From Torpedo marmorata (lineage: Eukaryota): DNA of 64,000 bases. Shown here piece by piece: positions 25,229-37,760 of the stretch (within the stretch, counting starts at the first letter, position 1; each line of letters starts with the position of its first letter). The notes beneath the pieces are model-generated. The model saw only the letters and a program-made list of their open reading frames with translations. It was not told where the DNA came from and made no database searches. The translations under genes were made by a program, and so were the position numbers. The stretch covers positions 63,178,001 to 63,242,000 of the forward strand of contig OZ360238.1 in NCBI GenBank assembly GCA_977017645.1, written 5' to 3'.

Positions 25229-28200
25229 GAACTTCACGAAGAGGGCAAGAAGATCGAGTTACTAAGAATGGGGATGCTCATGTCTGTGGCCGATGTTGTG
25301 CTGAGTTCTTTGAACTGCCCGATTTCCTTCATCACAAAAAATGTTGCACTAAGAAACAATTGGTTTTGATTGTAAATGAAAATTCCACAGCTCCTTCAGA
25401 AACCTCTTCTCCACAATCTCCTGATAATCCTCTTGAAGAAGTAAATGACAAGACCGATAATGCAAGTCAAGTGGACTGCAATGACCTTGTAGAGCATAAA
25501 AAACTTGCCCAGGAAGAACCCATGGAGGTGGACACTTCCAGCATCACTAGCAACAGTAATGTTAGCAGTTCTAACAGTAATAACCATAGTAATACAAGCA
25601 GTAATTATCCCACAATGGGTACCTCAGCTGTCACAACACCTCTACCTCATATAGGTGATCTAACAGCTCTGGGAAATTTCTCAATGTTAAATAGTAATGT
25701 GATCATTGAAAATCTTCGAAGTACAAAAGTGGCAGTCGCCCAGTTCTCCCAGGAAACCAGATCTAACAGTTCATCAAATGGTAAAATTGCTGTTCCGGCA
25801 CTTATGGAGCAACTACTGGCTTTGCAACAACAACAGATCCATCAGTTACAGCTTATTGAACAAATCCGTCACCAGATAATCTTATTGGCTTCCCAAAATG
25901 CAGAAATTCCATCGGTCAACTCTTCTCAAGGTACTTTAGGAACTGCTGTTAATCCATTAACTACACTTAGTTCTCATCTATCTCAGCAACTTGCTGCTGC
26001 AGCTGGGCTAGCACAGAGCCTTGCCAGCCAATCTGCCAGCATAAATGGTGGAAAGCAACTTCATCTACCTCAGAGCAGCCCTGGAAGCACCATAGTTCAG
26101 CCTAGCAGTAGTTCTCCAAAAGTAAACACGTCCTCATCGCCTGGTACCATACAGCCCTCTGAAAGCGTGTCCACAAATGCCATCAGTGGTTCTCAGTTAA
26201 TCAGTCCTTCAGTATCGACAGTGTCCACACCAGCTCTTGGAATTAGCAGCTTACTAAGTCCTGCATCCAGTTTGTCCAGCTCACTGCTACCTCAAACCTC
26301 CACATCCACTTCTATGTTTTCCAACCCTCTCTCGAGCATTGAAACAACTTCAGGAAACCTTGGTTCATTGACAGCCCTGGCAAATCAGAGGAAAGGCAAG
26401 CCACCAAATGTGGTAGTATTTGAGACTAAAAGCAGCTCCGATGAAGCTTTCTTTAAACACAAGTGTAGGTTCTGTGCTAAAGTGTTTGGAAGTGACAGTG
26501 CCTTGCAGATTCATTTGCGTTCTCATACTGGTGAGCGGCCTTATAAATGCAACATTTGTGGTAACAGGTTCTCCACTAAAGGAAATTTGAAGGTTCACTT
26601 CCAGAGGCACAGAGAGAAATATCCCCACATTCATATGAATCCATATCCAGTTCCAGAACACTTAGACAATGTTCCAACAAATACAGGTATTCCATATGGA
26701 ATGTCTGTACCACCTGAAAAACCAATAACAAGTTGGCTGGATAGTAAGCCTGTATTACCTACACTGACCACGTCTGTGGGGCTGCCGCTCCCATCAACTA
26801 TATCAGGTTTGTCTGCTATCATGAAATCAGAGGAGTGTCAGTCCATCTCAGTTAATCAGACTTCTTGCAGTCCTCCTGGATCGGTTAAGAGTGATTTGGC
26901 AGCAACAGAGCCCTCCGTGAAAAATGCAAATGATTTGGATGAAGTGGAAGACAGTGCTTCACCTACCTCAAATGGTAAACGAGATGAAAACACACAATCT
27001 ACTAATTCTGTCACCAGCTTGGCTGTTCCTGTCAGCTCAAGTGCATCTGATTCGGGTCTAGGTAGTACTACTGCTTTTACAACGCCACTTATACCACTTA
27101 TGTCAGACCAGTTTAAGTCAAAGTTTCCATTTGGAGGTCTTTTAGATTCTTTACAGACATCTGAAACATCAAAACTGCAGCAGCTAGTCGAAAATATTGA
27201 CAGGAAAATGACTGACCCCAACCAGTGTGTCATTTGCCATCGAGTTCTTAGTTGCCACAGTGCACTAAAGATGCATTATCGTACACATACTGGTGAAAGG
27301 CCTTTCAAATGCAAAGTCTGCGGTCGTGCATTCACCACTAAGGGAAACCTAAAAACTCATTATGGTGTTCATCGTGCCATGCCACCACTGAGAGTTCAAC
27401 ATTCTTGTCCAATCTGCCAGAAGAAATTCACAAATGCTGTCGTATTGCAGCAGCACATTAGAATGCACATGGGAGGCCAGATTCCCAATACTCCTGTAGC
27501 TGACAACTATCCTGAATCTATGGAATCTGACACTGCTTCATTTGAAGACAAAAATTTTGATGATATAGATGACTACTCAGATGAGAATATGGAAGATTGT
27601 CCAGATAGTAGTGTCCCGGATACACCCAAATCTGCTGAGGTGTCTCAAGGCAGTTTATCTCCATCTCCATTGCCATCAGAAATGTCCAGTATTGCAGCTC
27701 TTGAAAATCAAATGAAAATGATTAATGCTGGTCTTATTGAGCAACTCCAAGCAAGCCTCAGGTCAGGTGAGAATGGGTCAGCTGATGGAGACCAAATGAC
27801 TAGTGACTCTTTTTCAATGATTGGGGATATAGAGAGCCAAAGCGTTGGAAGTCCCGCCATTTCAGAATCTACCTCTTCCATGCAGGCTCCCTCCCCAACT
27901 AACAGCAACACAGATAGTCGTAGGTCAAAGTCACCAGGCTGTGAAGAGAGACAGCACAGAACTTTACTATCAGATTTGTCTAATTCAGTGTCTCCAGCAA
28001 CTACCAATGGTGGTGCCTTGGACCTGACTTCCAGTAATGCAGAACGAGTAATTAAAGATGATACCTTCAACTTGCTGTTTCCCAATCGAGATCGTGGTAA
28101 GTTGAGGAATACATCTTGTGATATCTGTGGCAAAGCATTTGCTTGTCAGAGTGCCTTGGACATTCATTACAGAAGCCATACCAAAGAGCGTCCATATATT

Positions 28201-28644
28201 TGCACAGTATGCAATCGTGGTTTTTCCACTAAGGGTAATTTGAAGCAGCACATGTTGACACATCAGATGCGGGATCTTCCATCTCAACTGTTTGAACCCA
28301 ACAATTCTAATGTAGGTCCTAATCAGAGCTCTTCAAATGTGGCTGCCAACAGTTTGACATCCCTAATCAAAACTGAGGTTAATGGTTTCATGCATGGGTG
28401 TTCCCAGGACTGCAAAGATCCACCTGCTAGCCTTATTTCATCAGGGCCTCTGTCTGCATCTGCTATTTCGCCTGTCCTGCCAGCGCAGCAAAGAAGAACT
28501 CCAAAACAGCATTACTGCACAGCATGTGGGAAAACATTCTCCTCATCCAGCGCTCTCCAAATACATGAGAGAACACATACAGGAGAAAAACCATTTGCCT
28601 GTACTATATGTGGAAGAGCTTTTACCACCAAAGGCAATCTGAAG
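25229..28644 (+). CDS. SALL1: SALL1 coding exon 2 (C2HC finger, Q-rich region, zinc-finger clusters 1-3 and most of 4)
   Basis: Acceptor ttttctag|GA restores GGA with exon 1. [34 protein letters not shown], four SAL boxes F(S/T)TKGNLK, GGALDLT motif; donor AAG|GTATTT, phase 0. The N-terminal finger and four-cluster layout fit SALL1 better than SALL2/3/4. Confidence 0.96.
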
Positions 28645-29229
28645 GTATTTTACTGCATTTTGATCTCAAATATGTTTGAATAGTGCAAGTAATTTTTTTG
28701 TTTGTCCAACTTAAATGCATAAGGAGGAACAAATTGAAACTTCTTGTTTATCTGATATAAAGTAAAAAAAAAACATGTCTTTGTCAAATAAATATATTTA
28801 ATCTCCACAAATATTTAACTAAAACAGCAACTATAAATGCAAATTCATGCAATTAAGTTTGGAATTTGAGATGGACAAATGTTTTTCACTGCAGATTTTA
28901 ATTGTATTAAGTTAGGAACTCTTCATTTATGGCCTGGACAAGTAGAATTATGAATGTAGTTGGGTATAAATTTGAAGGATATTAACAATGCACAATAATG
29001 GTTAATGGTGCTGAATTTATTGCAGTTTATTTGTATGTAGATGGGCAAAAAAAATCCCCAAATTATTGAAGGACTTTGTGCAACCTCGTGTCTCACTGCT
29101 CACTTTAAGATCTCATCCAGTAACCGTTTGCTGTTTTTGTTGAATTATTTTTTTTCTGGAATAAATGATATGGACAAAATATTTGCAAGGTAATTGGAAA
29201 GTTTAAAAAGTAAGACAAGATTCCAACAT

Positions 29230-29490
29230 GGGCGGCACGGTTAGTGTAGCCATTAGCACATAACTGTTACAGCGCCAGCAATCAGGACTGGGGTTCGAAT
29301 CCCACACTTTCTGCACGGAGTTTGTACGTTCTCCCCGTGTCTGCGTGGGCTTTCCCCGGGGGCTCTGGTTTCCTCCCACTGTTCGAAATGTACCGGGATT
29401 GTAGGTCAATTGGGTGTAATTGGGCGGCACGGGCTCGTGGGCCAAAAGGGCCTGTTACCGTGCTGTATGTCGAAATTTAAAATTTAAAAA
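29230..29490 (+). mobile_element. tRNA-derived SINE (HE1/V-SINE-like) in SALL1 intron 2
   Basis: A-box-like GGCACGGTTAGTGTAGC, B box GGTTCGAATCC, core gtacgttctccccgtgtctgcgtggg, CR1-like tail ending aaattt repeats. Confidence 0.88.
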
Positions 29491-30184
29491 CATTGAATTC
29501 CAGTTTGGATATGGATTATGGGATTGGATGACAATATTATGAAACCACTCTCAGAGTGAGGTCTATTGTGAGTTGCATGCACGCATCTCATGGATTGATT
29601 TTAAAAAGCCCATTGGTAAATATTCAACTGAAGGGAAAAGCAAGGTAAAGCAAAACTAAATTATAGAGGTGTAATTAACTTTTGCTGTTTGAAAGGCAGA
29701 AGTATGAAAAAAATTACCTCTGTCAAATGATTAAAAGTATAACTTATAATTCAAACCATTTTGGAAGACTGCAGTGTGGCTAATTTGTGTTTGATATGTG
29801 AACCAATGAACTTTTACATAAAATTTGATATATTGTATCTCCTGATATTCATCTGACCACTTGATTTGACTCAGTGTACAAAATGGTCTTCCATGAGGTA
29901 TTTAATTTAAGTACAAACCGATGCTAATTTCTTCCAGTGGAACTATTTCTTGTAAAATACTCCATGTAATATCAGAGGATTAACTATCTTCAGTAGCGTC
30001 ACTTCGAAAAGCAATCAGACTGGCAGAAATTTGTTTGTAAGAATGTGTATTCATGAAGTGAGTGATATTAGACATAATGGGTTATTACAAATAAATTTAA
30101 TGCAGCTGACTAAATCAAATACAGGACATTTGGCATTTATTCATCCAGTTTGCTACCTAGATTAAAGGGTATGTGCTATGGGGA

Positions 30185-30495
30185 AAGGTTGTTTTCCCTG
30201 GAGCATTAAAGGCTGAAGTGAGACCTGATAGAAGTTTATAAAATTATGAGAGGCGTAGATAGGGCACAGGTAAGAATCTCACATACTAGACAACATGCAT
30301 TTAAACTGGTAAAATGGGGAGAGGGGAGTGGTCAAAGGGCAATTTTTTAACACAAAATGGTAAGCGCTTGGAAATGGGCTGCCGGGGTAGTGGTGGAAGT
30401 AGATATTAAAGTGTTTAAGATAGACATGTGAATATGCAAAAGAGTTTTAGTTTACTTTGGGCATCATGTTCTGTCTGTACTGTTCTATGTTCTAT
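30185..30495 (+). mobile_element. Old CR1 3' fragment in intron 2
   Basis: gacctgatagaagtttataaaattatgagaggc (DLIEVYKIMRG) and tail tgtactgttctatgttcta. Confidence 0.75.
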
Positions 30496-30618
30496 TATGC
30501 CAAAGAACATTAATTTCCCTTGATTGTAGGATATAAATCTGCATAGATCCATATGACAACGTTCATGGGTAAACAAAGTGCCTAGAGCTGCATGCTTAAC
30601 ATTATATAATTTTTACAG

Positions 30619-31062
30619 GTTCATATGGGGACACATATGTGGAACAGTGCCCCTGCAAGACGAGGGAGGCGCCTTTCCGTGGATGGTCCAATGGCATTCC
30701 TAGGTGGCAATCCTATTAAATTCACCGAAATGCTTCAGAAGGATTTGGCTGTTAGGGCTCGGGATGGAGACCCTTCTTCATTTTGGAACCAGTATGCAGC
30801 AGCACTAACAAATGGCTTAGCAATGAAGACCAATGAGATTTCAGTGATTCAGAATGGTGGACTTCCCCCAAACCCTGCTAGTCTGGGCAACGGTGGCAGT
30901 TCACCCATCAGTGGTTTGACAGGAAACATGGAGAAGCTTCACAGTACTGATTCCGGTGCATCTCTAGCTGGTCTGGAGAAAATATCAGCCGCCGCTGAAA
31001 ATGGAACAAACCACAGATTCACCCATTTGGTGGAAGACAACAAAGAAATTCTATCGAGCTAA
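30619..31062 (+). CDS. SALL1: SALL1 coding exon 3 (completes the last zinc finger; C-terminus)
   Basis: Acceptor ttttacag|GTT; [47 protein letters not shown]. Total CDS 73+3416+444=3933 nt. Confidence 0.96.
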   Translation, partial: VHMGTHMWNSAPARRGRRLSVDGPMAFLGGNPIKFTEMLQKDLAVRARDGDPSSFWNQYAAALTNGLAMKTNEISVIQNGGLPPNPASLGNGGSSPISGLTGNMEKLHSTDSGASLAGLEKISAAAENGTNHRFTHLVEDNKEILSS

Positions 31063-31765
31063 ATTGATTGTCAACATTCTAACAATGGAAGTAATCTGGG
31101 GCGTCTGTCAGGCCAATGGACCAAAGTGTTGTGAGAACACCTTTTGTACAATGCCTAACTTTTAGTGTTGTATGAAAATAAACTTATTTATTAGTGATAA
31201 TAACATTGCTTTGCAAGCAAGTTGCAAATGTAAACTACTGGTCTTCAGCATCTTGGCCTATATACTAATGGACTAGAGTGCTTTAAACATGTAAGTTTCC
31301 TAGCATTTGCAGATCTATTCTGTTAGGTGAATTTTGCCCTTGCATTAACTTATTTTATGATTTGTGAGTAATCTAGTTATAACATGACTGGCATTGGTGG
31401 CAATGCCTCAGAAGACCGTTCCTCACTAAGAAAGGTCTGTATATATATAATGTAAAGTTTTGGTAGTCTGCTGGAGAATTCACAATCAGTTCATTGTTCA
31501 GTCATCCCTTCCATTAACAAAATAACTGTAAATTGCAGACTTCAAACTGAATGTTGATGCTGTCACTCTGTAAGCAGTTTACTCTTTGCTGTTTTTAACA
31601 TCAAGTGAAATTGCAAGTTTTTTTTGTAGGTTATATAATTTCTGTTCAAACTGGTTCTTTGTATTGTGCTTTTCACTTGCATCATCTTAAATGTTGATGA
31701 GTTTCAGTGAAGTAACAAGCACGATGGTCATAGAAGGAAATTCCTGTTATTGTATCTTTAAATAC

Positions 31766-31771
31766 AATAAA
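31766..31771 (+). terminator. Probable SALL1 polyadenylation signal (another AATAAA at 31177-31182)
   Basis: AATAAA ~700 nt after the stop, preceded by TGTA, in an AU-rich 3' UTR. Confidence 0.5.
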
Positions 31772-34700
31772 GATTTCTGCCCCATAGGTATATTTAGTAT
31801 AGAAGAAAATGTGCTGGACTTTCACATTGCTGCTACGTAAATGCATCTTTTGAACAACTTTGAAGGGAGTAATATGAAGCTATTATAGAAAATGTCATGT
31901 GTGTATAAATATATTATATATTTATATATCATCATGACATGTCTTGGGAAAATCATTAATGTATATACTGTACTGGTATGTTGCTTAAGACGAAGCTTCA
32001 TCTTCACTGACCAGACCGATGAGAGATAGTGTTTTATTGTGTAATAATTTTGTATTAGGTATGAAAAACCCTTGTGACTGATATATGCACTTTCTTGGAA
32101 AGCTGGAAGAAACAATCCAGTTTCACTAAAATTTAATACCTACTAACAGCTGAGGTACTGTAATTCTTACTCATTTAATCAAATACATGAGTTTTGCAAC
32201 AGCCATTCTTGAAGCGTGTGTATTTTTGCCTTCCCTGGAAACTTTCTTTGGCGGTTTCGTGCACTTTTTCCAATGCAATTAACTTGGGTTAAATGTCTGT
32301 AAAAGGCTTTTTAAATCAACCTGTTCAATTTTATGCTTTAAACATGCTGATATGACAGATTTCTAAAACACTGTAGAAGTTTAAAAAAACTCATTACAAA
32401 ACGTCATTGGTGTTTGAGAGATTGGACAAGAATATTTAAATATTATTTAACATGCACGAAGACTACTTTGTAATTGAGTGAGTGCATTTCCCAAGACAAG
32501 ATATCAGTCAGAAACGAATCTCAGCAGCAATTAATGGGAAAAGTAAAATATCTGAGTAACATATCAAACGAAATCCGTTACACATTTTAAGAATCTTGGT
32601 AGTTATAAAAAACGGGTTGACGTCTTAAACCATTTGATATCCAATTTGACCTAGTGTCTCCGATCCTGCTCTTTATCTCCTCGGTGGGTATGACGGGCTG
32701 CACCAAGTATCTAATTTAAATATGTGTGCGCTTCTGCTTTATGAATACCTGAGACCAAAATGTCAGCCTCTTTGTTAAAGAGATTCCTCTCCAAGCCTTG
32801 TGGATTGCGCAGGGTGTTTGGCAACTTAATCAAACTGCGTTTTAATATTGACCCAATTGATTGAGGTATTTTCGCTGCCATCTGCTATTAGGAAACAGTG
32901 GGGGAAATTGGACCAAAACGCCTCCTTTCCGTTGGAAATAATTCTTGTTGCGATTTCAAAATAAAAAACGAGCAGATCTTATTGACAGACTTTTGGAGCT
33001 GTCTCCTACTTGCTATTCGCACAGTATTGACATCGAAGGAGACAGTGGGAGCTTTCCCAATGATTTTCTTTCATAAAGTGCTCACGGGGACAGGATTATA
33101 AATTCTTCACGTGCTCCTCACTCTCTGGTCGCTTCATGGGATCTTTAATTACAGTATCGATTAGATCAGGCTCCTTCCGTCCTTCAGTCACTATTGATGG
33201 GAGGAGCTGGGCTTTGGCCCTGGTAATTGCTTTTGCGCTGGATATTTGTTTTCTCTTATCTCTAAAATGAGTTATCGCGCCTTAGCCACTACCTAATGTA
33301 GAATGCAGTTACTTTTAAACAGGTGTACAGTATTTGTAAAGCGCTACAATATATGCTGTTTATGTCAAAAAATGTTGGGGAAAGATCTGCTGATAATTGT
33401 ATAAAGCTATTCGGGGATTGGAAATTTACTAAAAATGAAACATTGATTTTGATGTAATGTTTGTGCCGATTATTGTGAGTGGATGATGCTATTCTGAACT
33501 CCTTTTCTTAAATCTAGAATGTCTTTGCACTGCAAGTTATTTCCTAATGAATGCAGTCAGTTGGCTCAAACTAACTACACCGTGAGTTGGGTAATCACTG
33601 ATGCTGTGGAATGTGGAATATCTACTGCGTTTATCATTAAGCGCAACAAAAACAATGTTCCTATTTCAACAACAGAGGGGCACATTTGAAAGAGAGCACA
33701 GCATTTACAGGGGTGCATGCAATTGTGGATGTCCATGAATGGTTCTAATGGATCATTCAATGAAGTTGCTCAGTCACCTTCGAATTACGGTAACAAAAAA
33801 AATGACTGTTTTAGAACTGCCGCTTTATTAAAGTAAGCGTGACCATTTCGCGTGTTAATGGTTGGTGAAACGAAAGAAAAAGTGGAGGAAGCAGTTAACT
33901 ACGTGTTTAAAATTTATTCTACTTCCGAATAGTTAAGAGATTTATTTAAATGAACGTTGGAGTCTTGTGTTGCATTGATTCCCCTCCCCGTCGTTTCAAC
34001 TTTTATATACGTTGTCCTAGAGAGAAAAAAAAACTTATTTGAAATATACAGAAACTGGGCGTTTCAATAATTGAAATGCAAAGAACTACATACATCCGAA
34101 CATTCAAAACATCTGCCGGTTAGAATAGATCTGATTATCGGTCGGTTATACTGTGGTTTTAAGTTAAAATGAATATTCAAAAATAAAGTGATTAATGTTA
34201 CCGACATAGAATTATGAGTGCTACCGCTTTTAAACGACAATCTATCTATACAATGGGAGCCTCGATACATCCCCCCATGTCCCCAGCCAACTTCGTTGTT
34301 AAAATGGAAAGATCATTTTAAAAGATTTTTTCTCTGCAAGTGGGATGCATACTGCAGTCCATTCTCTTCATTTACATGTAGCAACACCCGCTCAGTCCTT
34401 TTGTAATAATGTCCTATGACTTTACTCTTGATTATAATTGATTGGATGACGCTAAATGGTGAACGCTTCCTTAATGAGGCTAAAAATCTATACCACATTT
34501 TCATGTTTGCTTTCCTATTACCAAGGCCAATCACTTGCAGGGACATTGGGCGAAATAAACACTAAAGCCCTGTTTCAGTAATGCTTTTTACTTTACTGCA
34601 TTTCCATGAAACACTGTCTCGGTCCCTTTTGGAACTTAAGATCTACGAGTCCCAATAAAGATCGCACAGCCTTTATACTAATGAAACCGCAGGTATTTGC

Positions 34701-37199
34701 CTTGAACAGTGCATTTCTTTTATTGAAGTGATCTTTTTCCCCCTCTTTTCGACAGCTGCATTTAATTTTACACATCGTTGCACTTCCTGCAATGCAGGAA
34801 CTGTTAATTCGAGCACGGCATCCTCTCTGGGTTTTACAACAAGCCCAATTCCCCAATATTTTCAGGACAAGATGCTAAATGATCCTTACAAATGCTCTGG
34901 GTACGCGCTTTGCCTTTTTGTCTTCCTCGCATTCAAAGGGGATTGAATTGAACACTTTGTTTGTCTGTGCAGCATCAGCTTCCGGCATGTTTATCTGCAG
35001 ATATACTGACCAGAGAAGGGAGAGCACTATTTATGTATTGTTAAAACATAACTTCTGTCTCCTCTTTCACCGCAAGACAATTAATTTTCCTTGTCAAAAC
35101 GCGAGATGAAGATGAAGGAAATCCTAGCTAGTTATTCATTTTTAAATAAACTGCCACTAATCTAAAGTGCAGTTTGATACAAATTCTTGCTAAATTTCGT
35201 AATTTGTTTGGTGCTTATTTGGTTATCAATACTCTTTGACATTTTTTTCAGTGATAGTCAATGCAAGCGGAGCGATTAAAATACATAAAAAATAAACGAA
35301 GAAAACGATCAATAAAAGGAACATTTTAAGTTCTGCATCCGAAAGTTATTTTCACATTGTTTAGTTTTGTACGTCCGTATTCGAGAATACTATCAGAATT
35401 ATTAGAAATAATTTAACGTGCTTTACTTAAGCGATTATAAACGCAGACTTGCAGGTCGTTTACATGCAAATCAGTACTCAACGGAGTTGTCTTCATTTAA
35501 AAAAAATTATGAAAACGACCGCGTTCCGTGCAAAATATTTTTGTTGGTTTGAGACGCAGTAAAATATATCAAAATGTCACTTTATAAATAACATCAACAC
35601 GTAGTTCATTAGACGGCTCTCAATTTCTGACGTGTGTTTAAAAGATCCGATGAAGTGGTTCGCAGTGTGGTTCCCCTGGCGTGGTAATTCCGTATCATCC
35701 GTTCTTGGATCGGAGAACTAAATTCATAATAATTATACGTGTTCCAATACATCTATATATCTACATTTTTGACACACTTTGTAGTTAATTTTTTTTTCAG
35801 TGTCTTCAAAATATTTTAATTTTATCTGAAATGTTAACCTCGAATGAAATTTAAATGCGAATTGTTTAATCGCCTGCGGTGTTTGCTCGGAAAGAAATCA
35901 CACGGCTTAAGTGTAAATTGTTCTGAAAAGTTCTTCCGTTTGGCATTTATTTGCACAGCCAATTCCCAATGGCCGTCCATACACTGACCTTTAATTTTTT
36001 TAAATCATTTAATTACTGTGTTTAAGTCTTCTGTAATTGAGCGAATCGCATTTGATGCTGGGAAATTAAACGTGCGTTGGTGCTGGTTTGTGCAGGGACA
36101 CATTTGTTTTTCAAAAGTAAAGATCAGAACGCAGGATTGCAACATCGAGACACGGTTGTAAAAAAAGATGAGTCTACATTTGTCGGGCAGGTTGCCAGAT
36201 CCTTCGCATCCTTATTAACAGGCGAGGGCTACGTACCTCAAGCACGGATCTCGTGGCAGGAGTTGCGAAGTATCGGGTGCATCTGATTATTTTTCATATG
36301 CAATGATAACTTATTTTGATTTGAATTTTATATTTTGGTTTGCTAATTATTTTGTCCCTTTCCATCCGTATTATTCGTTTGAAATAGGAATCCATGTGTC
36401 TTCTGTTACATTTTTTCCAACTTAAAATAAAGTGTGAAATACATTTGTCACCTTCTAACAATTATTCAACCACTAACATATGCAGAAAATTATTTCCTCC
36501 AGCGATTTTATTCTAAAGATGAAAATGTCACATATGTTGTGTCATCATCTTTTAACACCAAATATCTCAAAGCTCTTGAAACGATTAAAAAAGCGTGACT
36601 CCAGGAAATTCTATGAACGCCCTAAATATTTCTAGGCCCTGACCACCCCAAGATAAAGTGTATTTTAAATGTTGTAGAATAACTACTTAACCCCCCCCCC
36701 CCTCTAATATATTATTTATGGAACAAAAACGAAAAATGAGTGTAGAACGTTATTTGAAATTTGGCTAAATACATTTGTTTCCATAAAGCACAAAATTTAA
36801 ATTCGGGTGACAAAAGGAGCTTGTTCATTCATTGTTCTCCGTTTTGGATTCTTCAGTAATCCTCTTGATTTGAATTGATACTTATCTGACCCTAAAACAA
36901 ATCCTTGAGGATTACCAAACTCGAAGATCACAACTGTGATCACAATCCTCAAAACAAAACACCCAACGAAAGCCTGTGGAACGCTGTCAAATATTTACAG
37001 AAATCTGAGATGTTGCCAAATGTATCAATAGACCTGCTTTCATTCATTTTTATTAGTTATTTTCCTTTGATTTTTTTTAAAATTGATAGTGTCAACCTTA
37101 AAGGCACGAATCGCCAGCATCTGCTAAATACTTTCTAGTTTTAGAAGATGCCTGTTTTAAACACCTATTTACTTAATGATGACATAATGGAAATATGAA

Positions 37200-37760
37200 T
37201 GTCTGTCCTTTGACATAAAATGCTGATAGGAGCCCGGCTGCGTGTCTCTGCTCCGACGCAGTCGTCCACCTTCCGAGGACCAGTACCGGCCCTTGCAGGG
37301 ATCAGCATTTGTTCTGCGGAGAATGGGGCAGAGGTGATAATACCCTGTGGAGCCAGCACTCAGCTTGGGGGGGGGGGGGGTGGGGTGGGGGTGGAGAGGA
37401 GAGAGAGCCCCCTACCACTTCAATGCACATTTACAGGTAACTTTTTTGAAAGAAAACATCCAAGAGCAGGGTTCTAGATCTGAACTTTGGCAATCATGAA
37501 GCCTGTGCCTGCGCTGTGATTTTGACACCGCAGAACTCGCACCCTCTGGCCAGCGCCTGATGCCGCGCGGCGCCGAACGTCTCAAAGCTCGCTCTCGGCG
37601 CGAGTGCACCGCACCGCGCGCTCCCGATCCGCCCTCCTCCTCCTCCCTTGACGTCACGGGACTAAACCGCCGACGGCAAATGGTGACCGGCCTGAAGGTT
37701 GTGCAGTCAGTTCTGGCCCTTTGCTGAAGTGAAGGTCGGTGTGAATCACAGGTACAGGGT
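37200..37760. promoter_or_regulatory. Orphan CpG island / promoter-like element downstream of SALL1
   Basis: CpG-dense core 37530-37700; GC box CCGCCC 37629-37634; perfect CRE TGACGTCA 37649-37656; G-tract 37367-37391; no TE hallmarks. Confidence 0.55.

Noticed and set aside
26365-28287. Antisense ORFs within exon 2
   Set aside because: Shadows of the long sense reading frame with no independent support.
29230-29305. tRNA gene
   Set aside because: A/B boxes belong to a multi-copy SINE head; no complete cloverleaf is evident.
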